A stretch of DNA of 64,000 bases from an uncultured virus (IMG/VR IMGVR_UViG_3300045004_000209) (lineage: Duplodnaviria > Heunggongvirae > Uroviricota > Caudoviricetes), in the IMG/VR virus record IMGVR_UViG_3300045004_000209, one strand, 5' to 3'. Positions 9,111 to 17,872 of this stretch are shown piece by piece. Made by a program: the position numbers and the translations under genes. The notes under the pieces were generated by a model. The model was not told the DNA's origin. It saw nothing but the letters and a program-made list of their open reading frames with translations, and made no database searches. The first letter of the stretch is position 1, and each line of letters starts with the position of its first letter.

Positions 9111-9532
9111 AAAGAAAAAAAGCTAAAGACGAACCTATTTTTGAATCATATCCAGAATTTTGCAGATTGACTCGTCTGCTTAATGCAGATCAGTTGGCCT
9201 ATCTACGAGAGTGTATGGGAGACGAGCAGATAAACCAGTTGAGACGATCAAGAGACGAATCTGGTTTTTGGCAGTTGGAATTGGCTAATGAATTTGACAA
9301 CTTTTTGGTGCAGGTTGAGTCTTTGACAAACTTCAATCCAATAAAAATAAGACTACAGTTGCTTGAAGGGAGGCGTATCCGCCTCCCTTCGCCCGTTTGG
9401 GACGAAATCGTATCGCGTATGGAGGATGTGGACTCTTTATATGTTGCGATGCTCACGGATGGTGTTGTGTGCCGCCGTGATTCTCGTTCGTCTGATTTTG
9501 TCATCTTAACATTGGGAGGAAAAGCGACATGA
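9107..9532 (+). CDS. Hypothetical protein
   Basis: ATG 9107 overlaps the upstream stop. Its stop overlaps the phoH start. Confidence 0.7.
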   Translation: MKRKKAKDEPIFESYPEFCRLTRLLNADQLAYLRECMGDEQINQLRRSRDESGFWQLELANEFDNFLVQVESLTNFNPIKIRLQLLEGRRIRLPSPVWDEIVSRMEDVDSLYVAMLTDGVVCRRDSRSSDFVILTLGGKAT

Positions 9533-10218
9533 GCAACAAGTCCAAGCGCAAGCAGTTGATTGAGAGCAGTCGTCCTGGGTCCCATATAGCATTCAAGCCA
9601 CTTGATGAACATCAGAGGCAAGCTGTGAAAATAATTGAGGACAGCGCAGTGACCATGTTATATGGAATGGCGGGTACAGGAAAAACAACAATTGCCACTG
9701 GCATGGCTTTGCGGATGTTGAGTGAAAAACGAATAAGCAAAATTATTCTTACACGTCCTTACGTGAGCGCTGGCGAAAGACTAGGATACCTTCCTGGATC
9801 TCTTGAGCAAAAGTTCGATCCTTTTGTTGCTCCAATCAGGATGATTATGGAGAAAATTCTTGGGAAGAGCACGGCTAGCAGAATGATGGCATCTGATGAA
9901 ATTCAAATACTCCCTCTTGCCTTCATGCGTGGCGTCACTTTTGAAAACACTTTCATGATCATGGACGAGGCGCAAAACAGCACTCCTGAGCAGATGCACC
10001 TTTTCCTCACTAGGCTTGGTAAATCATCTAAAGCAGTTGTCGCAGGTGACGAATTCCAGTGCGATCTAGATTGCAGGTCGTCTAGGAATGGCTTGACAGA
10101 TGCTCTTAGAAGGCTCAAGAGCGTGGATGGGATTAGTCGTTTCCAATTCCCCCCAGAATCTTGCCAGCGACATGGTCTTGTTTCTAAGATAGACCTCAAA
10201 TACAAGGAAAAAAACTGA
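9529..10218 (+). CDS. phoH: PhoH-family ATPase
   Basis: Walker A GMAGTGKT, IILTRP, ERLGYLPGSLEQKFDP, PLAFMRGVTF, DEAQN, LTRLG, GDEFQCDL, RHGLV. Confidence 0.96.
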   Translation: MSNKSKRKQLIESSRPGSHIAFKPLDEHQRQAVKIIEDSAVTMLYGMAGTGKTTIATGMALRMLSEKRISKIILTRPYVSAGERLGYLPGSLEQKFDPFVAPIRMIMEKILGKSTASRMMASDEIQILPLAFMRGVTFENTFMIMDEAQNSTPEQMHLFLTRLGKSSKAVVAGDEFQCDLDCRSSRNGLTDALRRLKSVDGISRFQFPPESCQRHGLVSKIDLKYKEKN

Positions 10219-10224
10219 CATCAC

Positions 10225-10270
10225 TGCGGCGGTGTGGGGCGGGGTTCGTTTTCTGCCCCACACCTCCGCA
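10225..10270 (+). other. GC-rich intergenic stem-loop after phoH
   Basis: TGCGG/CCGCA and GGTGTGGGGC/GCCCCACACC perfect pairings. No 3' U-tract. Confidence 0.7.
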
Positions 10271-10320
10271 CAAGGATAGGTCGCAACAAGTCAGAAATAC
10301 TATTTATGGAAAAGTATATC

Positions 10321-12564
10321 ATGTTTTCACAGAAATTGCAAAAAACCGCATTTGGTGCTTGCGAATCGGTGACCCAGAAGCTTAATTTGATCAAGAATCG
10401 CAACGATAAATTGTACAAATACCTGACTGAAGTGGTCGACGCCATGCAGCGGGCTTCCGATGATCATACTAAGCATGTTGATGTTCGGAGTCAGGAGTTG
10501 AATAGCCTGATTGAGGATGCTTTTGAAAGAATTCATGGTCTCGAGAATCAGGAACATGTTCTCGAAGCGGCACGAGATGTTTTAACTGACAATCTTACAT
10601 GTTTAAAAGAGTTGTTGCAGACCCCCGAGGTGTCCATACAGGGTGATCGTGGTTCCCAACCTATTCGGGGCGGAGCCGCGCCCTTAAGGCACATGAGAGA
10701 GGTGCCGAATGTAAATCACGACGAGTCTCCATGTTCAACATTTCCTGAAGGACAAGATGACCTGCAAAGCATCATCGCACATCTGAATGATGTGGTATCT
10801 AAAGGCGATTTGCCAGAATTCGGCAGGCAAGCTCTTGCCAACCATCAAAGCGCTGCTCGTGCAGTATGTGTTAGGAATGGCTTGGGAACTGACTGGTTTA
10901 AAAGAAGATCAGATCCTCAATATCTTGAATATTTAAATGATATTGAAAGAGGGAGAGCAGTCATAGATGTTTCTGATTTTCATAGATCTAAGGGAAACTT
11001 TGTATATAGTTTTTTTGATGGGCATCGTGAAAAGATGCCTCGGCGTGTCCAAGATGAATTAAATCGTTCTAAAAAGAAAAATGTTCATGCAATATCTAAT
11101 AAAACTATTGATCAGATGCAAGGAATATCAACTAGTTTTGATGTTGTTGGCATCACGCTTCTATGCAGGCTTGTAAATCTCCTGCAGGGTGGCGACGAAG
11201 ATGTGGTTGCACATATGTTCGCATATGTGATTGACAAGCGTCGGAGTGAAATTGGAGTCAATCGATTCGAGCGGGATGAGTACGACTCTACTCTTGCAAT
11301 GGGAGTAGACGCAAATGAGCAGCGAGGTCTTGACATGATCGCGGACAGGCAAGGCGGAGATAGAGATCTTGATGTCTACATTCAGAGTGAAATTCAAAAT
11401 CTTGAGCGTCAGCCTCTTTCTGAATACAACGATAAAGCTATCAAAATTCTTGAAGAATTTAAAAATCAACTCGCCATCAAACTTGACACCCATATTAGCT
11501 CTTTGAAGGGCATACTTGATAGACTTTCCGTTGATACGATTGGTGCTGAACAGATGAAGGATAGGCAGGCGGCCGTAAATCCTATGAAAAATATTTTTAA
11601 GGAGTCTCTCGGAGATGCAAAGATAGCACGTGACAGGCTCATCGGAAGGTTTGATACGCTTATGAATGTTGCTAATCGTGGCTATTCAATTCCTGCACTG
11701 ACCATGCTAAAGTCGCTGTTTGACAAAAAGAAGACAGCGTATGTCAACCACAATCACGGTCAAATTGTAATCACCACACAAAGTGGTGATGTTAATGGGG
11801 GCATTAAGGTTTTGAATGCCATTGTTAGGGTAAATAGGGCTGATCCTCCGAGAGATTGGATGAAATTCGCACCTGATAATTACGACAAATCTGACCTTCA
11901 CAGTCTTCAGCAGAGTCGACCGAAAACTCCTTCCAAAAAAGAACAGGCTAAGCGTCGTTGCAAACAATTACTGGTGCACGAATTGGCTCCAAGAATTTCT
12001 AGTCTTCCTTTTGAGGAGAAGGTGCAGCAGATCAAAGATGCCATCAGCAGTAAAGAAATGGCTGAGTGTATGGCGCAGTTGTTGAAAGACAACACGAACA
12101 GAACCGTTGAGCGCATTCCAAAAAGTGGGCCGAATGCCTATAATTTGATATACGAAAAACTGCAGCAGGTTGTTAATGCATTCAGTATTGAGGCATGGCG
12201 AGAATCGTTGACAAATGCTGATCCTCAAGAGCAGAATAAGTTAGATAATGCTCTTGTGGAAGCATTCAATAAGGCGACTAGCAGAAACAATGATAGCCGA
12301 GATGCTGCAAGAGTGATTGCTAGCTTGGCTTTTAGCTTAAGACCGCATTTCATTAGTGATGCAGAAACTGTCGCACTGATAAATTTCATTGGGGAAGAGC
12401 CAGACAGCAAGGCTTGGCGGCTATCTGGTCTAGGCAGTGCAAATCGAGCTCGAGACCGAATGGCATTTATAGATGAAGAGTTCTTAGTCAAAGAGGCAGA
12501 ATGCAATCACGAAGATGTAAGGGGTTGCATGTTAAAATTGGCAAGGAGTTTGTTCCTTGCCTAA
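10321..12564 (+). CDS. Hypothetical large helical protein (about 747 aa), possibly an internal head protein
   Basis: Long charged alpha-helical ORF. Start at 10306 or 10321, since the 10234 start lies inside the hairpin. Confidence 0.75.
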   Translation: MFSQKLQKTAFGACESVTQKLNLIKNRNDKLYKYLTEVVDAMQRASDDHTKHVDVRSQELNSLIEDAFERIHGLENQEHVLEAARDVLTDNLTCLKELLQTPEVSIQGDRGSQPIRGGAAPLRHMREVPNVNHDESPCSTFPEGQDDLQSIIAHLNDVVSKGDLPEFGRQALANHQSAARAVCVRNGLGTDWFKRRSDPQYLEYLNDIERGRAVIDVSDFHRSKGNFVYSFFDGHREKMPRRVQDELNRSKKKNVHAISNKTIDQMQGISTSFDVVGITLLCRLVNLLQGGDEDVVAHMFAYVIDKRRSEIGVNRFERDEYDSTLAMGVDANEQRGLDMIADRQGGDRDLDVYIQSEIQNLERQPLSEYNDKAIKILEEFKNQLAIKLDTHISSLKGILDRLSVDTIGAEQMKDRQAAVNPMKNIFKESLGDAKIARDRLIGRFDTLMNVANRGYSIPALTMLKSLFDKKKTAYVNHNHGQIVITTQSGDVNGGIKVLNAIVRVNRADPPRDWMKFAPDNYDKSDLHSLQQSRPKTPSKKEQAKRRCKQLLVHELAPRISSLPFEEKVQQIKDAISSKEMAECMAQLLKDNTNRTVERIPKSGPNAYNLIYEKLQQVVNAFSIEAWRESLTNADPQEQNKLDNALVEAFNKATSRNNDSRDAARVIASLAFSLRPHFISDAETVALINFIGEEPDSKAWRLSGLGSANRARDRMAFIDEEFLVKEAECNHEDVRGCMLKLARSLFLA

Positions 12565-12772
12565 ACCAGAGGAGGTGGTCCATGAGTCTGAGGAGTTCAG
12601 GGTGGTGTGTCCTGCGTGTTTCTCTAGTACGGCGGCTCGTGGCAACGTGGAGATCAACTTCTCACAGGGCACGATTCACATGGTTTGTCCATCGTGCAAA
12701 AAGAGTTCGACGATGATTGTAGATCCATCAAAAAATTTCAAACCTTTACCGCGAACCAGATTGCAGGGCTGA
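12557..12772 (+). CDS. Small zinc-ribbon protein
   Basis: CPAC-x19-CPSC. TTG start with AAGGAG SD. Stop overlaps the next ATG. Confidence 0.75.
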   Translation: MPKPEEVVHESEEFRVVCPACFSSTAARGNVEINFSQGTIHMVCPSCKKSSTMIVDPSKNFKPLPRTRLQG

Positions 12773-13299
12773 TGTTTTTGGTAGTAAATACAACTAGGCA
12801 GCATTTGTCGCTTGGAGACCTAAAGGTCATTTTGTCTCCAAGTCAGTCTATAGATCTTGACATTGTTGCTGACAGGAGAATTGTCGAGGCAAGTCCTTCA
12901 GTCAAGAAAGCCGTGGTCGCCGGGTATCTGAGAGTGGTGGCAAAAGATTCTAGCCGTGGGCGCCAGAATACCATAGACATGGACGTATTGAGAAAAATAG
13001 TCAGAGAAGAAAATGACGGCAAGGCCATATCTGCCATAGCAGAATCATTAGCAGAGCTAAAAAATATGTTATCTTCCATGCCTGCCCCTCAAGTTGTTCA
13101 TGTTTCATCTCGGGTTGAAAAGATTGATGTTGTAGAATCAATATCTGAGCCGCAAGCCGAAAACCTTATAGCTATACATGAAAAAGTTGTTTCACGAATG
13201 GCGTCTAATCTTTCCACCAATATGGAACCTCAAAAAGGCAAATCTAAGGACGCGTCCGATATGAAGAAAAAATTAGATGAATTGGAGGGTCTTCTCTGA
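12772..13299 (+). CDS. Hypothetical protein with small N-terminal module and coiled-coil C-terminus (candidate actin partner)
   Basis: TGATG coupling on both sides. Ends DMKKKLDELEGLL. Confidence 0.75.
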   Translation: MFLVVNTTRQHLSLGDLKVILSPSQSIDLDIVADRRIVEASPSVKKAVVAGYLRVVAKDSSRGRQNTIDMDVLRKIVREENDGKAISAIAESLAELKNMLSSMPAPQVVHVSSRVEKIDVVESISEPQAENLIAIHEKVVSRMASNLSTNMEPQKGKSKDASDMKKKLDELEGLL

Positions 13300-14471
13300 T
13301 GAGTGCCAAGGAAAAAGCCATGCAGAATTTTGCCTCCCTAAAGCTTCGGTCGTCAGTGAATCCGAATACCCCTGTGCAAACTGCCAACAAGGCTGAATCG
13401 GTACAGGCGCAAGAGTCACACGCCCGAGCAGTGGGAGTTGATGTGGGAACTATGTTTTTTCAGACAGCAGAGCTCATTGATGACAAGATAAGCGTCTCTG
13501 CGGTCAGGAACGCATTTGTAGAAATCCCATATTCATCAGAATTGGAAGAGATCTTGACTAGAAATGGCTGGAGATATGTAAACGACGGAATGCAGTATTT
13601 TGTCGTTGGAGATGACTCCATGCAGGTTGCCAAGTTATTTCCTGGTTCGGTGGAGATTCGTCGTCCTCTTCAAGATGGAGTGCTCAATAGAGATGAACCA
13701 AAGAAGAGTTTGGTTCTTTCTGGCATTATAGAATCTTCTCTTGGTAAGGCCCCTGACGAAAATTCCGTTGTTTGCACATGCGTGTCGAGTCCGTGCGCTG
13801 ACGGTGGGCAGGACAGTACTTTCCATGCAGCTCGCCTCAAGGCCATGTTTACCCGCCTTGGCTGGAATGTAAAGGTCATAGAAGAAGGTCTTGCTGTCAT
13901 CCTCAGCGAGAGGCCGTCTGTTGTTCTTGATGACGGTACAGAAGTGCCGTTCAGTGGAATAGGAATGTCATTTGGTGCTGGTAGGGCAAACTGCGTTTTG
14001 GCATACAAGGGCATGCAGGTTCTTGGTATGTCTGTCAGCAGGAGCGGAGATTGGGTAGATAAACAGGTTTCAGAGCAGACTGCAGTACCTATGTCTCAGG
14101 TGATTGACTTCAAAGAGCGAGTTCTTGATTTTAAAAATATAGACGAAGACAATGACACAGCTTTTGCCCTTGACGCATATTACGATGCTATGCTCCGTCA
14201 TGTCGTGGGTTTGTTTGCTAAGAAGTTTACAGAAGTTAAGAGTCAGTTTGATAAGCCTCTTGATGTGGTGATCGCCGGAGGCACTTCTATGCCAAACGGT
14301 TTCGATAAGAAATTGGAAAGAATCATGTCTTCAATAAATTTGCCGTTCAAAATTGGCGATGTTCGCAAGGCTGCAGACCCGCGAAACGCGGTTTGCTCTG
14401 GGCTTTTAACATCTGCTCAGATTGTGAAGAATAGACTTGTCAAGGGAATTATAACTAGGGATCAGGTCTGA
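13299..14471 (+). CDS. Actin-superfamily ATPase, volactin-like
   Basis: Phosphate-1 VGVDVGTM, connect-1 IEEGLAVI, phosphate-2 variant GMSFGAG, GDWVD, adenosine VVIAGGTS, C-terminal DPRNAVCSGL. RNAF, VVGDD, RRPL.DGVL and SFGAG motifs match my recollection of the haloarchaeal volactin family. Confidence 0.88.
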   Translation: MSAKEKAMQNFASLKLRSSVNPNTPVQTANKAESVQAQESHARAVGVDVGTMFFQTAELIDDKISVSAVRNAFVEIPYSSELEEILTRNGWRYVNDGMQYFVVGDDSMQVAKLFPGSVEIRRPLQDGVLNRDEPKKSLVLSGIIESSLGKAPDENSVVCTCVSSPCADGGQDSTFHAARLKAMFTRLGWNVKVIEEGLAVILSERPSVVLDDGTEVPFSGIGMSFGAGRANCVLAYKGMQVLGMSVSRSGDWVDKQVSEQTAVPMSQVIDFKERVLDFKNIDEDNDTAFALDAYYDAMLRHVVGLFAKKFTEVKSQFDKPLDVVIAGGTSMPNGFDKKLERIMSSINLPFKIGDVRKAADPRNAVCSGLLTSAQIVKNRLVKGIITRDQV

Positions 14472-15196
14472 TGGGATATGCAACGCGAGACCTTTGCAAG
14501 CGTGTTTTTGCCCAGTCTTTTACGACTGCAACAGATCCAACGCTCACTCAGAAAGGCGATCTCGTCAACTTTGGTAACATGCTCAAGGGGAATGTGATAA
14601 CCGACGAGATTCTTGATCAGCACATTGTTCTCGCCGACCAGTACATAAACTCTATTTTGAGCTCCATGTACAGCACTCCACTGAGAGAGATAAGTGATGT
14701 GGAATTTGAACTTGTGGTAGACATTGATCCCTACAACACAGATGTTGTCATCATGAGTCCAAATGCAAATGTATTCGTTCCTGGTGATGTGATTGTGTTG
14801 ACAAATGGATTTATTAATGAGAGAAGAACAGTCGCTGATGTTGCGAACGGAACAAACCTCATCGTCAATGAACCTTTCTTGGTGGATTTTTCAGCCGCAG
14901 AATCACGATTGCTGCGCGTGAAATTCCCCGATCCTGTCCCGGGGACATCAGCACGTCTCTGTGTCGCCAGTCTATTTGACAGGTACTTCTCTTACATGAG
15001 CGCGACTGGAAACAGCGAATATGGCAAAGGGTTGAGAAATCAGGCACGCATCATGTTGAGCAATATATTGAATGGGAGAACTGTTCTTCATGGTCAGAAT
15101 AGAATCTCAAGCAGATTTGCCAACCCCACGCTTCTGAGTAGATATGCACTACCCAATACTGATCAGGATTCGACTAGAGACATTCCTGAGATGTGA
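14471..15196 (+). CDS. Head-tail joining protein (Mu gp36/DUF1320-like) with inserted beta domain
   Basis: MGYAT...ILDQHIVLADQYINSILSSMYSTPL...PDPV...SARL...ARIMLSNILNGRTVL fits the gp36-like pattern, interrupted by a ~70-aa beta-rich insert. Confidence 0.65.
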   Translation: MGYATRDLCKRVFAQSFTTATDPTLTQKGDLVNFGNMLKGNVITDEILDQHIVLADQYINSILSSMYSTPLREISDVEFELVVDIDPYNTDVVIMSPNANVFVPGDVIVLTNGFINERRTVADVANGTNLIVNEPFLVDFSAAESRLLRVKFPDPVPGTSARLCVASLFDRYFSYMSATGNSEYGKGLRNQARIMLSNILNGRTVLHGQNRISSRFANPTLLSRYALPNTDQDSTRDIPEM

Positions 15197-15198
15197 TC

Positions 15199-15456
15199 AT
15201 GGCAGAAATGAGAGATATTGTCAGCTCGGCTCTAGCGCAGATCAATGCCATAAAAGATGGGTCTGCCGAGTCTTCTAGTGCTCCATCTCGCATATATGCT
15301 AGCACAAGAATATTTTCCTCTAGAGAAGAGGCAACTCAAGACGCTGCAGTAAGAAGCGCTTCGCCCGAAGATGCTGCCAAGATGGACAAGATAAATGCGA
15401 TTGTGGAAGATATGCTTGATAGGGTTGTTGAAAAAATAATGAAATACCCACTTTGA
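15199..15456 (+). CDS. Hypothetical protein
   Basis: Short ORF filling the gap and coupled to the next gene. Confidence 0.6.
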   Translation: MAEMRDIVSSALAQINAIKDGSAESSSAPSRIYASTRIFSSREEATQDAAVRSASPEDAAKMDKINAIVEDMLDRVVEKIMKYPL

Positions 15457-16361
15457 TGTATAAGGTTCTCACTAGTCTCCGACAGATTATACACAGATGG
15501 GTTAACTTTCAATCTCCCATAACGGAGCCCATAGCTGTTGGTGACAATGTTTTGACGCTGAGAACTTCTCATCGCTTCAAGGTTGGCGATGATGTGCTGA
15601 TCACCGATGGTGAAGAATTTGAATATCCTCATATTGTTGTTGAGATTCCTGATGATACGCATGTAGTTCTTCAAGATGGTGTCAGATTTTCTGATTGGAA
15701 TGTTGGGAGCTGCAATTTGCGCAAGGCTGTGAAGGGGCAATTTATTCAGGGTATATATCTTGGGGATCCAAACACTATCATAAAATACCCTGCAATAACG
15801 ATAAATGGCAAGAGCAAGAACTCTGAATGGATTGGTTTGGAGGTAAGCAACGAAACATACGAGGTTGACATCGTCTGCTATGTTGCGGATGCCGCCCAAG
15901 AGGAGGGCTATGAGTATCTTTTACATCTTACCAACATTATAGAAACAGGTCTAAAGAAAAATCCTGTTGCTATTGCTGGCGATAAGGGATATGTGTCAAT
16001 CATAGCTGATATTGAGCAGGGTGATGTTTTTGTGAGGCTTGCAGATACAGACGGCATTACTGCAGGTCAGTTCATTTTGTTGGACAGTGTATTCATATCT
16101 GAAGATTGCCATGTGGCTGAGATCGTCGACGGTCAGGTGATCAGGCTGTCTGAGCCTGCAAAAAACGAGTATCTTGTAGTAAATGACCCCAAGGCCATAC
16201 TTGTTGAAAGATTTTTGTACAAATGTTGGCCAAGAAATATTGAGTATGGATTCGTCCATAAGGACACATTGCTGAAGGCTGCTAAAATAAGTTGGAGTGC
16301 AACCGAAGCCCAGATGCACCCTCCATACGGATTTGGCGATTCTTGGAGGCAGCCTCCGTGA
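15456..16361 (+). CDS. Tail terminator/tail completion-like protein with two inserted beta domains
   Basis: IYLGDP...YPAITI...YEVDIVCYV...LTNIIETGL...IEYG...AAKISW pattern of tail-terminator proteins. Located upstream of the tail tube. Confidence 0.55.
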   Translation: MYKVLTSLRQIIHRWVNFQSPITEPIAVGDNVLTLRTSHRFKVGDDVLITDGEEFEYPHIVVEIPDDTHVVLQDGVRFSDWNVGSCNLRKAVKGQFIQGIYLGDPNTIIKYPAITINGKSKNSEWIGLEVSNETYEVDIVCYVADAAQEEGYEYLLHLTNIIETGLKKNPVAIAGDKGYVSIIADIEQGDVFVRLADTDGITAGQFILLDSVFISEDCHVAEIVDGQVIRLSEPAKNEYLVVNDPKAILVERFLYKCWPRNIEYGFVHKDTLLKAAKISWSATEAQMHPPYGFGDSWRQPP

Positions 16362-17446
16362 TGATTGTTGCCGTGACAGGTTGCAGCCCTCATCTGTTGA
16401 CCGCCAACTCAAGAATTGGCGATGTCATATGGCGACATGTTCAAAAATCTTTTCCCGAACATGTTGGGGTGTTTTTTGATCTATCTGCTGATTTAGACAT
16501 CCCAAGGTGCTTGCCGTTGCCAAGAGGGGTTGCGGCAGCGGTCAACTTTGGCGCATTTTGCGAATCAGCGAAACCAGATCTGGTGATATCTTTTGGGGAT
16601 GACGCAGATGCCGCCCATGTCGCAGCCTGTAGGGTGGTCGGGATTGGCGATTTTGGATGGTTGCACATATTGAACGACTGCGAAAGACATGTTGACAGAC
16701 CCTACGATTCATGTCCTCTAGCTGATGCGGTCATAGCCTGCAGCAGGATGGCAGCAAACCAAGCTACCAGATCTGGTGCAAAAAATGTTCAAGTTTCTAT
16801 ACCGTCAACCGCCATGCTTTCGCAGGATGTGCACGGGATCAAGAGGGGGAAGTATTTTTTTGCACCCATGAGAAACTTTGAGTCTAATAATTTTTCATAC
16901 CTTCTGTCGGAATGGGAGAAGTCTGGTCTGTCTAGCGGTGGATGGGAGCTTGTGATCGGAACAAATGGGGCTGATCCTGGAGATTTTGACCTTGGTCGTG
17001 GGAGACTACCAGCAGGCTCTAGGCAGGCTTGGGCGGCCTCTTCTGTGGAGTACGGGGTGGACGACCTCCTGTACGCGCAGACGCTTGCTGGCGCTTGGGC
17101 GGCGATTTTCCCTGTCCTATGCCCGTCTTCTGCGGTTTCTGTGGTTGAAGCCGCCAAATTTGGGGTTGATTCGGTGGTGACCGACTGCCCAGTCTTCCGG
17201 GCCCTTGGATGCAGCCATCTCCTTCCATCTGTCCCGTTCATGTCTGCGCCAGGCAAGTTGCTGCATATACCGATTCCAGGGGCTCTTTCAGAGACATTGG
17301 TGGCCTTATCGTCCCTATCAGAACCCTCGCGACCTTGCGATCTTTCGGCTATTCCCAACCATCTTGATATTTTTATCAAATTGCTGCCATTAATCTCAAG
17401 AAGGGAAGCAGGGAAACTTGATGTAGAAAGTGTAACATCATTATGA
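16361..17446 (+). CDS. Divergent GT-B glycosyltransferase (GT4-like)
   Basis: KPDLVISFGD, ADAVIACSRMA, AAIFP...SVVEAAKFGVDSVVTDCP (degenerate EX7E region). Confidence 0.7.
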   Translation: MIVAVTGCSPHLLTANSRIGDVIWRHVQKSFPEHVGVFFDLSADLDIPRCLPLPRGVAAAVNFGAFCESAKPDLVISFGDDADAAHVAACRVVGIGDFGWLHILNDCERHVDRPYDSCPLADAVIACSRMAANQATRSGAKNVQVSIPSTAMLSQDVHGIKRGKYFFAPMRNFESNNFSYLLSEWEKSGLSSGGWELVIGTNGADPGDFDLGRGRLPAGSRQAWAASSVEYGVDDLLYAQTLAGAWAAIFPVLCPSSAVSVVEAAKFGVDSVVTDCPVFRALGCSHLLPSVPFMSAPGKLLHIPIPGALSETLVALSSLSEPSRPCDLSAIPNHLDIFIKLLPLISRREAGKLDVESVTSL

Positions 17447-17462
17447 ACCATCGGAGGAGCAA

Positions 17463-17831
17463 ATGGCAGTAATTTCAGCAGCAGAATACAAGAATCTTTC
17501 GGATTATATTGCAGAGTGTAAGGCGACCTTGTTGCTGGCTAAGGATTCTGTGTATAGCGCTGTGTACGAAATTGCGCTATTTGACACGGTCCAGCCTTCA
17601 ATTGACCTCTTGTCACCTTTTTTCAGCAGTTATGAAGCAGTGACCGCGAACACACAGGCAACCACGACCCTGAATTCTGCCGTGGCAGCCCTAAACAACC
17701 ATGTGTTGCGCAGGACAAATGCTTCTCTTGACAGTTTCTTGCAGGCAGGCGACATTCAAGTTGACCCAGTTTTTGCGGAGTTGAGTTCAAATTTAGGCTT
17801 CACCATCAGTGCAGACAACATTGAATCCTGA
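17463..17831 (+). CDS. Hypothetical helical protein, likely structural
   Basis: Strong GGAGGAG SD. Directly upstream of the tail tube gene. Confidence 0.75.
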   Translation: MAVISAAEYKNLSDYIAECKATLLLAKDSVYSAVYEIALFDTVQPSIDLLSPFFSSYEAVTANTQATTTLNSAVAALNNHVLRRTNASLDSFLQAGDIQVDPVFAELSSNLGFTISADNIES

Positions 17832-17872
17832 TGAGTCTGTTCTCACGATCATCGACGAGATGAGGTAAAATA

